The position numbers were made by a program, and so were the translations under genes. The notes beneath the pieces were generated by a model. The model had not been told where the DNA came from. It searched no databases and saw nothing but the letters and a program-made list of their open reading frames with translations. DNA of 64,000 nucleotides from Camelus ferus (Eukaryota), in contig NC_045696.1 of NCBI RefSeq assembly GCF_009834535.1, positions 44,394,001 through 44,458,000 on the forward strand. Direction: 5' to 3'. Numbering within the stretch: the stretch's first letter is position 1; every line of letters begins with the position of its first letter. Of this stretch, positions 36,881 to 50,654 are shown in pieces.

Positions 36881-39668
36881 CATCAGAAGGACTAAGGTAA
36901 TGCATCTCCATATTCATCACACTTTCCAATTCAGAATTTTATGTATGATCTTTGAAGTTAGTTAAAACTAGATTGAAATATCAGTTTTCTCATTTTCAGC
37001 ACTGTGACTTTGGACGATTTATCTAGGCACTCTGAATCTCAGTTTATTCATCTTTAAACCAAGGTCAGTAGTGATTACCTCACAGAATTAGTTAAGTACA
37101 AATGCTTAGTTCATAAAAGATGGTTAATTAATAGTACCCATTAGGGATGTGACCTAATGATTATTCTTTTAACTGATGAGATTCTGTTTTTCTTACTTCA
37201 TATATAATAAATAACAATTTCTTCCTAACACTCATCTCTTGGAAGCAATGTTTCAGATCCATGTGGCCTAGAGTGGCTTTAATGAACATTATAAAAATGA
37301 TCTTCAGATCTTCAAATTACAAGACAGACATGGAAGACCTTAATAATATTAATAGGTATTTTATGCATAGATTAGAACTCATTATATGTAATATATAAAA
37401 CTGACAAATTCCATTATCTCATTAAATATCCCCAATGACTTTATATGGTAGGTACCCTTATTATCTCTATTTTACAAATAAGGAAACGCAACTTTTGTAA
37501 GATTAAACGATCTGCCAATATCAGTTTGAGTCCCAAATCTGATACACTATACTTCCTAGGTAAGGCTGCTGGACTTAGAGAATCTCTGAATGGATTTTTT
37601 ATGATCAAATTAAACATTCAAAAGCCAGTTCCTTTATTTAAAGAAAATACTGTTTGTTTTATATCGACGTAGTTTCCTCTTATCTAAATTTAAGGTCTAT
37701 TTAAGTTGATAAATCACACATAGAATAGTTACAGATAATTAAAATCTCAGATTTTAAATGCACCTGCCCTAGCACTGCATTTTATTCTGTTTCATTTAAC
37801 ATATTTGTATGTTCATATACTGCATTTCTTAATCATGCATTTTTGTTGATATTCACATAATTCACTTCTAAATAACTGGTGAAACTCTTCCTGAAAATAT
37901 TATTATCTTCTACTCAATATAATTCTATGAACTTTGCCTATTTTATTTATTATTATATCTTATATACTTGGAATAGTGGCTGGCACATAGTAGATATTCA
38001 ATAACAATAATCATTTTTCACTTGTTTACATGTGTGTCCATTATCTCTGCAACTAGATTTTCAATTTCCTAAAGGCAACAGTCATGTTTTATACCGCCCT
38101 GGCATCTGGGCCAACGTCTTAAATACCATTACAGATGTTCAGTAATATTTAGTTTTTGACAGAGAACTCTGAAGAGCAATGTCATAGTACCTTCTGACAC
38201 CAAAAATGTCTATTTAAATACAACCTTTCAAAAATGATCATTATTCAGTAAAATAGCTGGTGGCCCATAAACACATGTCTCTGTAGATGCATGATGAGAG
38301 CTAGTCAGGAATACTGGTTAATAGATTTAGCCAAGGCACCTCATCAAATGATACAAAATAGAGTATGGAAACACTGTGTTTTGAAAAGTCCTAATTCACA
38401 TAAGATGAAAGTAAAACAAATGTAAGCCAGTCAAACATTCAACTTCACGCACTTTCAAGTCTGCAGGGTTTCAGATTTTCAAATATGTATTAGTTTTGAC
38501 ATGAGTATACAGTAATTGACTCTTTACATTTCTTTCTGCTAGCCTTTAGACAGACAGCTCTCTTGTTCTTGTGCTAGTTGCTGCTTTGTTTATTTGGAGG
38601 AACTGGATTAGACTCATAAAAACATATGTATTTTATTCTTATGAATATATAAATGCTATATTACCCTATAGAGGTTGAGTGAAAACAAAAAAATGGGAAA
38701 TAGCAATGGACATTCTACATTACTTTTCAGTCAAAATGCAGTTTCCCTTCAAACTATACATCTTTAAATAAAGAACAAAGAGATAGCTAAATAAATAAGG
38801 GGGATATGCTCCATCATAGCCTTTTTCCCAATGTTACTCATCTTCTGATACAGAGGTAGACATAGAAAGAAATCATAATGGAATTTTTAAAATAGAATGC
38901 TTTTCTTAAATAAAATAAAATCACCAAGGGCTGCAACCCTATTTTAAAATAGCACTGTATACAGATATTCTTCTCTAGTAATTTCTTATTTTAGTTATAA
39001 AAATATTTGTTATTAAAATAAACCAAATAATTGATCAAAATGCTAAAATATGGAGACTAAATAGTCATCAAATAAAAGTCAGTAAAGTCCATTTATTAAA
39101 AGTGATGAATGATGAGATAATTTTATTATTTAATCGGTTTCAAATAGCAGGAGTTGGTAAACTTAAACTTGAGTAGTAAGTGAAGAATTCTTTAAAATAT
39201 ACAATTTTAGGCAGTAGTTGGATGAAATAAATAGATATGTTTTGGTGAGCTGTGAGGAAAGAGTGCCTTCTAGAGAAACGAAGTTCCAAGAACCTCTGAA
39301 ATGGGCAGGAGATGAATAAATAAAGGCAAAGCAGAGCAAATATTCTTGACTGTGGTAGAACTTCTATATGAGAAATAAAAAAGAAAAGGAAATAAGTGAG
39401 GAGTACAAAGATCACAGTCGTGTTTTGCACTGTAATCCTGACACTACAAGGAATACCTCAGGTATCCTTGTAAGGAACTTGCAAGCATTCTTTGACATAT
39501 CACGGAGTGACATTTTGGCAAAATTTATAATTTTTCTGAAATAAGAATGAAAGTAATAATAGATGTCATTTATTGAGATTTATCTTATGTTATCTTGACC
39601 ATAATCTTATGATCTCCATTTAACAGAAAAGGTACATGACAGGCAGAGTGATTAAGAAAACCCTTGTA

Positions 39669-40000
39669 TGTCTATGAGCCTGTTTCTTAAAATAGAAACA
39701 GGCTCACAGACATAGAAAACAAACTTATGGTTACCAGTGGGGAAAGGCGATGGGAAGGGATGAATTGGGAGTTCAAGATTTGCAGATACTAACTAATAGA
39801 TATAAAGTAGATAAACAAGTTTTTATTGCATAGCACAGGGAACCATATTCAATATCTTGTAGTAACTTATGGTGAAAAAGAATGTCAAAACGAATATATG
39901 CATGTTCCTATATGACTGAAGTATTGTGCTGTACACCAGAAATTGACACAACATTGTAAACTGATTATACTTCAATTTAAAAAAGGTATATATATATATA
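39669..40000 (+). mobile_element. Camelid-type L1 3' end with 5' fold-back and degenerate 15-bp TSD
   Basis: AGAAACAGGCTCACAGACATAGAAAACAAACTTATGGTTACCAG...GCTGTACACCAGAAATTGACACAACATTGTAAACTGATTATACTTCAAT. Flanks AAGAAAACCCTTGTA (39654-39668) and AAGAAAATCCTCATA (40001-40015). Confidence 0.9.
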
Positions 40001-40894
40001 AAGAAAATCCTCATAGTCTGAGAATGGAAGAGTCAGAATTCCACACCAGGTATAACACCAAGATCAGCATCTTGATGACTCTGTATTGCAGGTCAAGTAG
40101 TTTGGACTTAATTCTTTAAGAAACAAGATGCCATTGCAGATTTTTGAGCAAGTTCCAGGATTCTCTTATCAGTAGTTGTGCCTCATTATGATCCTAGGTA
40201 ACTATTATGGTAGCATCAAAGTACCTTTCAAGAATCCTCTCCTGAAATAAGATATGAACATTTTAACCTCCCAAGTGGATATACTTGGAAAGTATAGAAA
40301 AGAAAGTCCCTTCCATAGTTTTTCAATGAAACAAACACTATTGTATTGAAAAATGTTTGTTCTGAGAAGCCCTCTTCTTTTTCCTCCTTGTCATCTTATC
40401 ACTTCATTCATTGAGAATCCCAATGGCACCCATGATATAAGTTCTCCTCTCATGTCCAACATCAATAGTTCAAAATAATGTCATAATTTTATAGAGGCAA
40501 CATATCACTATGAAAAAGGTATAAATAGGATGTTTAGTAATACATGTATCAGTTATAATTATCATCTAGCGACTCTCTTCAGCAAAGAAAGGAGAGCAGA
40601 ATGCCAGATAAATACTTGGAAAGAAATATTTGTTAAATCAAATTTGACTCTAGATCCCCAATAATTAAATGGGGAATACAGCCCCGCAATCACAACTGAA
40701 GCCATACTCAAATGTTTTAAAACCTCGTTTCCTGAGTTACAGAACAGAAACCAACTTTTCTTATGCAAAAAATGTCATTTTTTTGTGAGTATATTGTAGG
40801 GTATAGACAGGAACAAAGGGCATCAGTACCTAGCCTGGTCCCATCAAAGTTCCTGTATTTGGATCTGTGTGCTTGACTAAAATTGGATTACAGA

Positions 40895-41180
40895 TCTTCA
40901 CTTCCAGTATAAGAGAAAATAACAGGCAATAGATTTACCCTCCCACCTTAAACATCTAAAATACACAGACAAAATACGAGAATAAAGGGCACTCAAGACA
41001 CTAGACATCAGGCAATAAAGGTCAGCAATCCCTTAAAGACAAAACAGTGAGATGAACCCAATCACTGCACCAGCTAACTGCCTTTTGAGAGCTTCCATGC
41101 AGTGATCAGAAACTCAGACAGAACTAGGATGTCTCCCGGAATTGAAGAGGCAGATGAGAGTCTGGGGAAGCCAAGAAATC
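40895..41180 (+). mobile_element. Old L1 (L1M4/L1MC-like) 5' end fragment
   Basis: ACTTCCAG...GATTTACCCTCCCACCTTAAACA...CAAGACACTAGACATCAGGCAATAAAGGTCAG. Confidence 0.6.
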
Positions 41181-41514
41181 ATCTCCCTACAAAGCCATAA
41201 CCGCACAGAACCCCCAACTAAGGCAGAGTATTCTACTTTCCCGCTTCATAATCTCCACTGTGAGTACAAAGACTCATCTTTAACCCGTTGTGTGTTTTTG
41301 TGTCAATCTTAGGAGACAATGTTGTAACTTCTGGAGGTGGGCAGAGCCATTATTTCCCCTTTCTTTCCACTCCAGGCCAGACTTTTTGGCCCCTGTGCTG
41401 TTTTTTATTTTGAGATCTCCTCCATGTAAGATGCATATATGATTTCTGTGCAGCCAAATAGCAAGTGTCCCCTGTGAGCATGAAATAAATATGGCGACCA
41501 CTACTGAGCACTTC

Positions 41515-41700
41515 CTTTGTGGAAGCACTAAGTGTTTGACATAGATGATCTCATTCAACCTTTCAACCATATCATGAGATGACAGGTATTATTATCATAT
41601 TCAGTTTTACAGAGGAGAAACAAAAGATTTAAGCAAGTCAAATAAGTGATGAATTCAGGACTTGAACAGGCATAGCTCCTTAAATTGCCTATTATCCATT
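41515..41700 (-). mobile_element. MIR fragment
   Basis: GCACTAAGTGTTTGACATAGATGATCTCATTCAACCTTTCAAC...AGGTATTATTATC...TTTTACAGAGGAGAAAC. Confidence 0.75.
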
Positions 41701-44700
41701 GTATATAATACCTTTCAAACATCTGCAGCATTGGTTACATAGTTGATGAGGGGAAGGAATGTGGCTCCATCAGCCCAAATACATTTCCATCCTCAGGAAA
41801 ACAACTAAAAAATAAATGAAAAAACAGCTTTTCTACTAATATTTTTAATTCTTGCAGCCTTTGGCCCACTGATCTGCACATACTATATGCTCACAAATTG
41901 TTGCATAAATATTTATTAAATTCAGAGTGTATGACAATCTAAGAAAGACAGAATTCAGAAAGAATCATTTATTGCTCTTTAAAAAAATCTTCCCCTTTAA
42001 GTAATGTTTAATGAAGACTGCTAGCCCTCCAAACGTAGCCCCAGTAAAACCTTAGGAACAAGTTTAGAAGCATGAAATCACCTCTACTCTCCTTCTTAGG
42101 TCAAATGGAATTTCCGCCTGAGGAAGAGATATAATTCTGAGTAGCTCTGGAATGTGACTGTGGGCACTTAACCAGCTCTGGAGTATCACTAGCATTACAG
42201 AGAAAGAAAACCATGCAGCTGGTGGAGGTACAATACAAGGACCACGTGACAAAGGGGCTGCGTGACAGATGAATAGCAAGAGCCAAGTAGTCCTAGCGTG
42301 ACAATCAGAAGGGATATTGTGGTACAGATCAAACCCCCGCAGGTTAATGAAAGGGAAAGAAAAACCTGGAGGGGAGAGGTAGCCGAACTGACAAAAAGGG
42401 TTGATTGATAAAAAGTAGAGAAATACTGAGAGGGCACCATATCTCTCTAGGAAGTCACACAAAAAAATGACTAGTAGACACTTGATCATAGTCTCTAACT
42501 TCAAGTTAAAAATATAAATGAAGTAAGGGAGTTATTCACAATCTCCAAATGTAGTAGGGAAGAGATCAGTGCCCTAGAGCTAAAGAAAAGTCCCTTTGAA
42601 CTTACATTTGGGGGAAAAAAAAGATTTTTTAATACTTTGAACAACTGGACAATAGGCTTAACTCCTAAGGGAAGTCCATGGATTGATCTTCCTACAGACA
42701 CTTCACAAAAGGTTAGAGAAGACATTAGTCAGATCTAAGCACTAAGTTGCTATCACAGAGGTAGGAGTGATTGAGATTACCTTGTTTCAAATGACAAAGA
42801 TTCTATGACTTTTAAAAAAGAATTCCAAATATTTACTTTGCTTGATCAAACATTGTAACTCCTTTGGTGCCTTTTGAAGAGCACTAGGTCACAATGCAAG
42901 TTCAACTTTAAATCAGTGTGAATAATATATGACCTTGCACTGGGTTTTAAATATGTATCTAAAGGATTCTACAAAATAGTTTTTGTTTAGTGAAGACTGA
43001 CTATAGGTTCAGTAAGCATGTATTTGATTTATCACAGCTCTTTTGAACACATTCTAATCAGCCACATTGATGCCATGATATAACTGGACAAATACATTCC
43101 CACCTACTCACTCTCTACTCCTTTTTGCAATATTTAGTTTATTCTGTATTTCTCCCGGGCAAATGAAAAAACTCTTCTGAATACTGCTTGTCAACACAGT
43201 TACTGGCAATTTTATTCAAATACTATATTCATGGGAGATTACAAATATTTTAACTAGAAACGGGTGATGTGGAAGTATCTTTCACTTTTTTCATCAACTT
43301 CAAACTAAATGTATGCATACGAGGCTTGGTTATATGAGAAAGTTTTCATATCCATTCTTATTTCCTTGGCAGGGGACTTGGCCTTCTGGCCTTCAGAGAA
43401 CTTATATAATTCCAATCTATGCTATTTATTAAAAAGCTCCTAATGTTTATTAAAAAAAAAAAAGAAACTAAAGAAAACCTAAACCACCTCTTATTTTCTC
43501 ATAAGCTGCAGCTTCTGAAAGTTCTTTCTTGTTTTGTCTACCTAGTAAGCACCTACTTAACTTTGTTTACCTAGTATAGCTTGTACACAATAATTAATAA
43601 TAATAAGCACTTTTGATGTGAAAAGACATGCAACATTTAAATTAATCTTCAAAACAGTCATGAGTGAATTCATGTTATTTTCCTGATTTTATGACTGAAG
43701 AATTTGATGTGTTTTTAATTTGCCCAAGATCTTAGTTACTTGAATAACAGGGTCAGAACTTGAATTCAAGTCCATCTGATTGCCGATGTTCATGCTTTTA
43801 AATACCTTCTTATGTTGTCTCTTGTGTTGTCATAGATACTTATGATGCCTAGAGCAGGAAATGTATTTGACTAAATTTCCATCTCCTTCCACTAAGGTAG
43901 TAAACGCCTTTTGAAATCAGGGACAATTTCTTATTAATCTCCATATCCCAGTATAATATTTGATGTAAGCAATAAACAATCAATGAACACATGGCCATGG
44001 ATGACCTGAAGTAGAAAATTATTTTTTCCTTCCACTATACTATGGGTAAAACTACTTCCTTGTGATTATGATGTGCCCTGTCTTTTTAGAAAATCTCCTG
44101 GTTCTGTTTTTAAACCTCTCCTTAACCTTGGCCTGATCCTTTATGTCTGGCCAGAAGATTGCATAATAACGGCTTTGGAGGGCTAAAGTTACAATTTCAA
44201 GCCCTAATTCCTTAGGACCTTTCTGAAACTGGGAAGATTTCTAAACTCTATTGAGTAAAAACTTCCTGATGTTAAAATGTAGGTGTAGATGCTACCACTT
44301 CATAGGTGTTAGTGTGGAGATTAAATAAGATAGTCCACAAACAGTGCAAACAGTAGGCATTCAATAAATACTAATTCTCCACTTGCCACCTATCCCAACA
44401 TATCCTATCATCATGAAAACCTTAATCAGATTCATGAGGAATGTCTAGTATAGCAAACTTGCAGGAATATGTTTTAGTGCATGGCATTACCACGTACCAA
44501 GTCTAGTCAGGATCCTCACCAAGTTAGATGCTACTCTATTAACAATAAAGGATACTAGGCCTCTGCTCTCAACTGGTTCCAAGTCTAGTGGGGAAGATAA
44601 AGAATGTAAATAGATCTTGTAAGACAATGTGTTCTGCTACAAAAATGGCATGAACAAAGTGTTATGGGAACACGGAGAAAGAACAATTAACTGTCCAAGG

Positions 44701-45809
44701 ACAGAGTAACCTCAGGTAGGCTAATTTAAAGGAACAATTAATAAAACACAGGTAATTTTCCAAAGTACAGAAACATCTCTTGTGAGCTCATTAGAGAAAG
44801 AAAATATCAAAAGCCCAGAATTTCCCGTAAGCTAGAATATAACTAGCTTTCACTATAGCACAGAGGCCAAGCATGAGAACAACTTTTGTCAGTATTAATA
44901 TAGTATTAATTTATAATATAATTTTTAGGCACACAGTCCTGAGGTATACAAGCCAAAACTCATGAAAAAGATTTCTTAACCTGCAGGATGAAAGGCCAAC
45001 ATTGCTGACATAAAAGCACCAAACCCTACATCAGGAAACAATGACTTTGACTCCATTCTTTGAGAATGGATCCCAAGAGTCTTTTTTTTCCATAAAATGT
45101 CTCAACTTTGACTTCGTGTCCTCATTGATTTTTATCGGAAATCTTGTATTACAGAAAAGTAAACATCATCAAAGAGAAAAAGGGAGGAGTTTTCCTATGA
45201 ACAGGAGAACAAATTTCAAACATTTTAATAGCACAAGCAAGTGATACGAGACTGTCACGAGAATTCATAGCGTGTTTACATAGATGAACTTCAACTCTTC
45301 CTGGGTTTATCTTTTGTGGAATTAAAACTTTAAAACTTTAAAAACATTGAAAGAAATTAAACAAATGCCTAAAGGCTATTGAGGAAAATTATATTTTTCT
45401 TCCAAATTTTAAATTATAGAAGGATAATTGGGAAAAAAAGATCAAGTCTTGTTATCCTTCATTTCCCATCTCCCTGTTTTCTCAGCAGGAAAGTAAGGCT
45501 TTTTGAGCAATATTCTGATTCTACAGTTTATTTCTATTTATAGAAAACTGAGGCTTTAACTGTCACCAGTTAGATTGTCTGCTTTTGAAGAACCACAGAG
45601 GCATCTTCTACATTATAGATTAAGTAAACCATGGTGGAGGATTTTCTTTGTTAATTCTTGCAATGATTTGAGCTTTTTTTTCACAAATTGGGTAATATAT
45701 TTCTATTGCGTTGAGGTACATAATTGTTTAAAAATGCAAAGATGCATTTGTATGTTACATTTGCTAGATGAGTTGCTAAGGTGATTCATCAGTTGTTGTA
45801 TTTTAAAAG

Positions 45810-46045
45810 CTATTAATTACTGAATGTGTACTATGTGCTAGATATTGCTAATTCCATATATATACACATAATATTTTTTCCCACAGCAATTTCATTAGGT
45901 AGCTATTTTAACTGTCTCCGTTATAAGACGATGAAAGCAAGACTTAGAGAATGGACACAACTTGCCCAGGGACACAGAACTAATACATGTCCAAGGTAGG
46001 ATTTGACCCAAGTCTTTTTGACTCTACACCTCAAATCCCTGCTCC
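45810..46045 (-). mobile_element. MIR fragment
   Basis: TACTGAATGTGTACTATGTGCTAGA...ACTTGCCCAGGGACACAGAACTAAT...GGATTTGACCCAAGTCT. Confidence 0.75.
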
Positions 46046-48099
46046 TAGTCATGACCTTCCAGTATAGCCCTAATAGCAAGCTTTCATTATTTATAGCTTT
46101 GTATTGTTTGGATGTTGCTCTAATAGCTTATTACATTTGTGGACAGAAAAAAAGAATGAATAATTCCAACTTAAAGCCATTTAAATTTGTGATAATCCAT
46201 GTCTAATAACTCCATGAAGGCAGGCATTCAGGCTGGTTTTTACTACCATAGCATTCATCACAAGTAACAGGCACCTGGCACACAGTAAACCCATAATGTG
46301 CACATAATATGCACATTTACCAAATCACTGGATTTTAATGCATTCACAACAACAAAAAAGAGAAGTACCAGAAAATTTACTTATTCTCTAGCTATGGTAT
46401 TCACGTAAGTGCACAAACTGGCATAGTTTTATAAGCACAAACCAAATTTGCTTAATAACACAGCAATAAAATCCAACCAAACTTGCCTCTGGCGGATGAG
46501 CGCTCCAATGACTAGTGACAAGTACTGGCCTTCCAATCAAGCACATTAATGCTACATTCCACATCTAATGATGACTAAGAAGTCTATTTCCCTAAATGAA
46601 TAGTTTTATTTTTTAAATAAAGGTAATGGAACTTTAAAAAATAATAATTCTCATGTAGAATAAGTGAATAAAAATGGTAGTAATACACCCAAAGTATCTG
46701 GTTCTTAATGTTAATCTCTACCCTCCCTCAAACTCCATTCTCTACTATAGTACTGTAGAACCTATTAGGAATCTGATTTTGACCTTAAAAGCCACTCTTC
46801 CTTAAACAATTGAAACAGAGATAAGACCTTTTTCCACAAAATGTTCACACAACACTAAATTGGTTTTTGTAATGAATACAAAATTGTTATCCAGGAAGCT
46901 GGCTTTGCTTTCAGATGTCTACAAATGGGTTGATTTCCTCCATTGAAGTCCACACACCCAAATTGTCTGATTCTACACATTAATATTTCCCATGAACTTT
47001 TATCCAATAGGAATTCTGGCCCTCCAGTACCGTGCGACATCCCTTTCTCCCCAGGATGTTAAGGGAGGGAGGTGGTGCACGTATGATATTCCCAGACTTG
47101 CCTGCCCAGGATTGAAGTGGCTTATTAAAAATTCCTTACTGACTTGTATTAATATAAATTAGTAGGTAGAGAACATAGTCCAGCACAAAGTACAAATTTT
47201 TATTTAAATAATTCTATTAGCATAATTATCTTTTCTGAGGAAATTAAATGTACATTATTATCCTTAATATGCCACAAATTATAGAAGCAAAAATTTCACT
47301 TGTAAGATTCTGCAGTTCTCAAGTAATTAGCCATATTGCACCCTGGAAACTAAAATTAAATACATAAATTAAACCAGTAGGGGAGATAATAACATTATAA
47401 AGGGGGTCTGGATATAGTACAGCATGTCATACCTGAGGCTCAGCCTTAGAAGAGTGACTCTAGGTTTGGTCAGACAAAAACCAAATGAGGTTTTCCGAAG
47501 AGCTAAGCTTGTGACTGAAGTGAAAACTTGGAAAGTCTACCTTTGATGAAATAGTGTTTATGCAAATAGGCCTCCTTTGCCTACTTTCTGAACATTATTC
47601 AGTCCCTTAATCTCTGGAATACTCAGGGTGTGAATTCAGTAGCAAGGTGTTACATAAATTCAAAGTTATAGCTAATACCCTTTCCAATTTATACAAATGA
47701 AATTTTCTGTTCTTAGTTCTCTGAAAACACACACATGAAGACATAATGAGGACATTCACTATTCGTCTTGTTGGAAGTAGCTTTGTATAATTTATAAGTA
47801 ATTTTATAAATAAAAATTTATAATATTTATATTGGCTACATTTAGTGGTAATTGTTCCCCAATTCACAAGCTCAGGGAATACTCTTTCTACTAGCTAGTG
47901 CTACGAAAGATCAGTCTGACAGCAAACTTAAAAGCAAAAAGCGTAAAAACAAATGAAGTCTTTGAAACATTTTAATCCCCTCCATATATAATTATTCTTT
48001 TTTATATAATTGGAAAACAAAATAACACTATATGTTAGGTTCTTCCTGTTTGAGTCTCAGGCACAGAGTGAGATTCATCTTAAATATAAACTCTGGGGA

Positions 48100-49824
48100 C
48101 TCCAAAAGACAAAGTAGATGACGGGGTGGTGGTTATCTCACTAGGAATGTTGGTACCACAGCCTCACCCAGTATTTCTCGAATATGCCTGAACACCTAAC
48201 CCACAGATGCTCTTTTCAATCATATGTTCCTTTAATATAAAATCTGCATTAGTGCAGTATAAGAGATTTTAGGGTACAGGCTATTTACCATTAAATAAAT
48301 AATCCTCTTACCACCGACTAACATAAAACCCATAGGAATAGGCACAGAGTGTGAAGAACTTCCTATGCCATTTTAATTGCCACACAAAGAATATCCTTTC
48401 CTGAGGAGTCAAAAACAACTAAATGGTTTCACACGGTCAGTTATCCTCAGTTAGCCTTTGTCTTTGGCTAGTGCTAGCACAATGAGCACATGGGTACAAG
48501 TACGGAAGCTATATATATGTGGGCCCAACATTGTGAGCTCACACTCACCAAGTCTGAGCTACGTACCATTGCAGCTTGATGTTTAACCTGCCAGCAACAA
48601 AGACCATTGCTGAGTCACTGACATACCATTATCCCTTGAAATAACCCAACTAATTAATAGTAAGTAGGCCAATTGACAATAAGTTGTCTTTCCTGGATCC
48701 CTTCAATCCTGGAAGGTCAGAGATTTATTTTTACTAGAATCAATATATATTCTGCATATGGATTTGCCTATCCTACCCACAGAACCACTGCATGAGAACT
48801 TTCAGAGTACTGGATCCAACAGCATTGGATCCCATACAACACAATATTGCATCAGTAATGGAGACACACTGTACAGCAAAGGAGGTTCAGAAGTCGGTAT
48901 ATGACTATGGTGTCCCTTCATCCTACCACATGCTGTAACACCCAAAGCTGTTGGTCTATTAAGCTAGGATATAAAATTTAAAGGCACAGCTGAAGATGAT
49001 ATATTGCAAGGATGGGTACTATCCTCCAGAATTTAAACGCACACCTTGAAGATAATATATTGCAAAGATAGATACTATCCTCCAGGTTATAGAGTCTACC
49101 CTAAGTCAGTGATTCTTTCATGGGATGGTACTGCCAGTACGTAGGGGATGGAAGACAGAGTTTGGAATCAGAAGTAGCCCCACTTACAAACACTTAGTGA
49201 CTCATTTTTGGGCTCAGCAACTCATTTGTACTTCTACTTTGCAACTCTAGGTTTTGTGAGTTTAGAGGTCTTGCTAGCCAAAAGAAGAATGGTTCCCTCA
49301 GGAAAACACAATAATAGTTTTATCAAATTTTAAGCTATGGCTGTCAGCTGAGCATTTTAGGCTCTATGCTGAGATACTAGCAGGAAAGAAAAGAAGTCAC
49401 TATGTGGCAAGTGTAACTGACCCTGTCCATCAGGAGCAGGGTAGGGGTGCTACGCAATGGGTGATGGAAATAGCATATTTTATTGCTAAGTGATCCAACT
49501 GGGTGTCTTTTCTATTTGCCCCACTTAATGGCATATGAACAAACACAATAGCCATAATCTGAGAAGGAAACAGTGACCAGGGGCTAAAATCTCTCCTGGG
49601 CTATGGTCTGAATAATCTAAGCATGAATGAGAGAAATCTAGGCTGGAGAGTGAAGTAGATGAATCATGAAATATGAGTATCATTATTAGTCTCATACTAG
49701 CTGCAGCTTCAGAGGCTTTAATTTATGCCACTAACAGTTCACTTTCCAAGAAAAGAGGTAGACCAGAATTCTGAAGGAGCTGCTCCCAGAAAAAAGGTGT
49801 ATCTAAACAGTGGAAGGGATGGAC
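48100..49824 (+). mobile_element. ERVL-family internal region (ERV3-16A3/HERV16-like) with decayed integrase
   Basis: 48520-48615 translates WAQHCELTLTKSELRTIAA*CLTCQQQRPLLS (ERVL integrase zinc-finger region); 48718-48774 translates QRFIFTRINIYSAYGFAYP (catalytic core start). Polypurine tract GGAAGGGATGGAC precedes the LTR. Confidence 0.85.
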
Positions 49825-50183
49825 TATAGTGGGTGCTGTGGTACTGCTCAGATTCCCCAGCCTCCTCTGGGTTGAAGCATTCGTTCCCCTGAACTGCTGG
49901 AAGTGAGTAATTGATGCAGGACTGTAAAAGCTTAGCCTCCTTTCCCTAATTTGAGACAATTCCAAAGGTCACTGTACTCCAGAACTACATCTGGGTTCAG
50001 ATAAGGCTTTTTGTTGTGATTATATCAAAGCCCAACTTCTTCCTCTGTTCAGTCCTGCTTCCTTTAGTCTCCCTCAAGTGTTGATTCAGAAACAAAAAAA
50101 AAAAACAAAAAAACAAAAAAACAAAACCTCCTGTACACAAATATCCAACTCAGAGTCTGCTTTCTAGGGAATGGGAAATGATA
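49825..50183 (+). mobile_element. 3' LTR of the ERVL element (LTR16-like)
   Basis: Starts right after the PPT (TATAGTGGGTGCTGTGG) and ends ...CTCAGAGTCTGCTTTCTAGGGAA. Confidence 0.75.
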
Positions 50184-50206
50184 TTATGGGAAGCTAATAC
50201 CAAAAT

Positions 50207-50652
50207 CTGTATTTGTTTCCTAGAGTTGTTGTAACAATGTACTGCAAGCTGAGTGACTTAAAACAACAGAAATCGAATCCTTTCAGTTCTTCTAGAGGTT
50301 ATAAATCCAATATTAAGATGTCAGTTGTCTTGGTTATACTGAAGATTCTAAGGGACAATCTGTCCCACACTTGACTCCTAGCTTCTGGTGATTATTGGCA
50401 ATTGTTGACATGCCTTTGCTTGTACATACATTAATATTTGGCTTCATTCTCACATGAAGTTCTCCTTCCTGTGTTTTTATGTCTAAATTTTCCTCTTATA
50501 AGGATACTAGTCTTTAGATTAAGGCCTACCCTAATCCAGTATAACCACATTTTAATTCCATTTTATCTGTGAAGGCCCCATTTCCAAATGAGCTCACATT
50601 CTGAAGTTCCAAATGGGTTTGAATTTGCAGGGACACTAGTCAACCCAGTATA
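50207..50652 (-). mobile_element. MLT1 MaLR LTR
   Basis: TGTATTTGTTTCCTAGAGTTGTTGTAACAA...GACTTAAAACAACAGAAAT...GGACACTAGTCAACCCAGTA. Confidence 0.85.
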
Positions 50653-50654
50653 CT

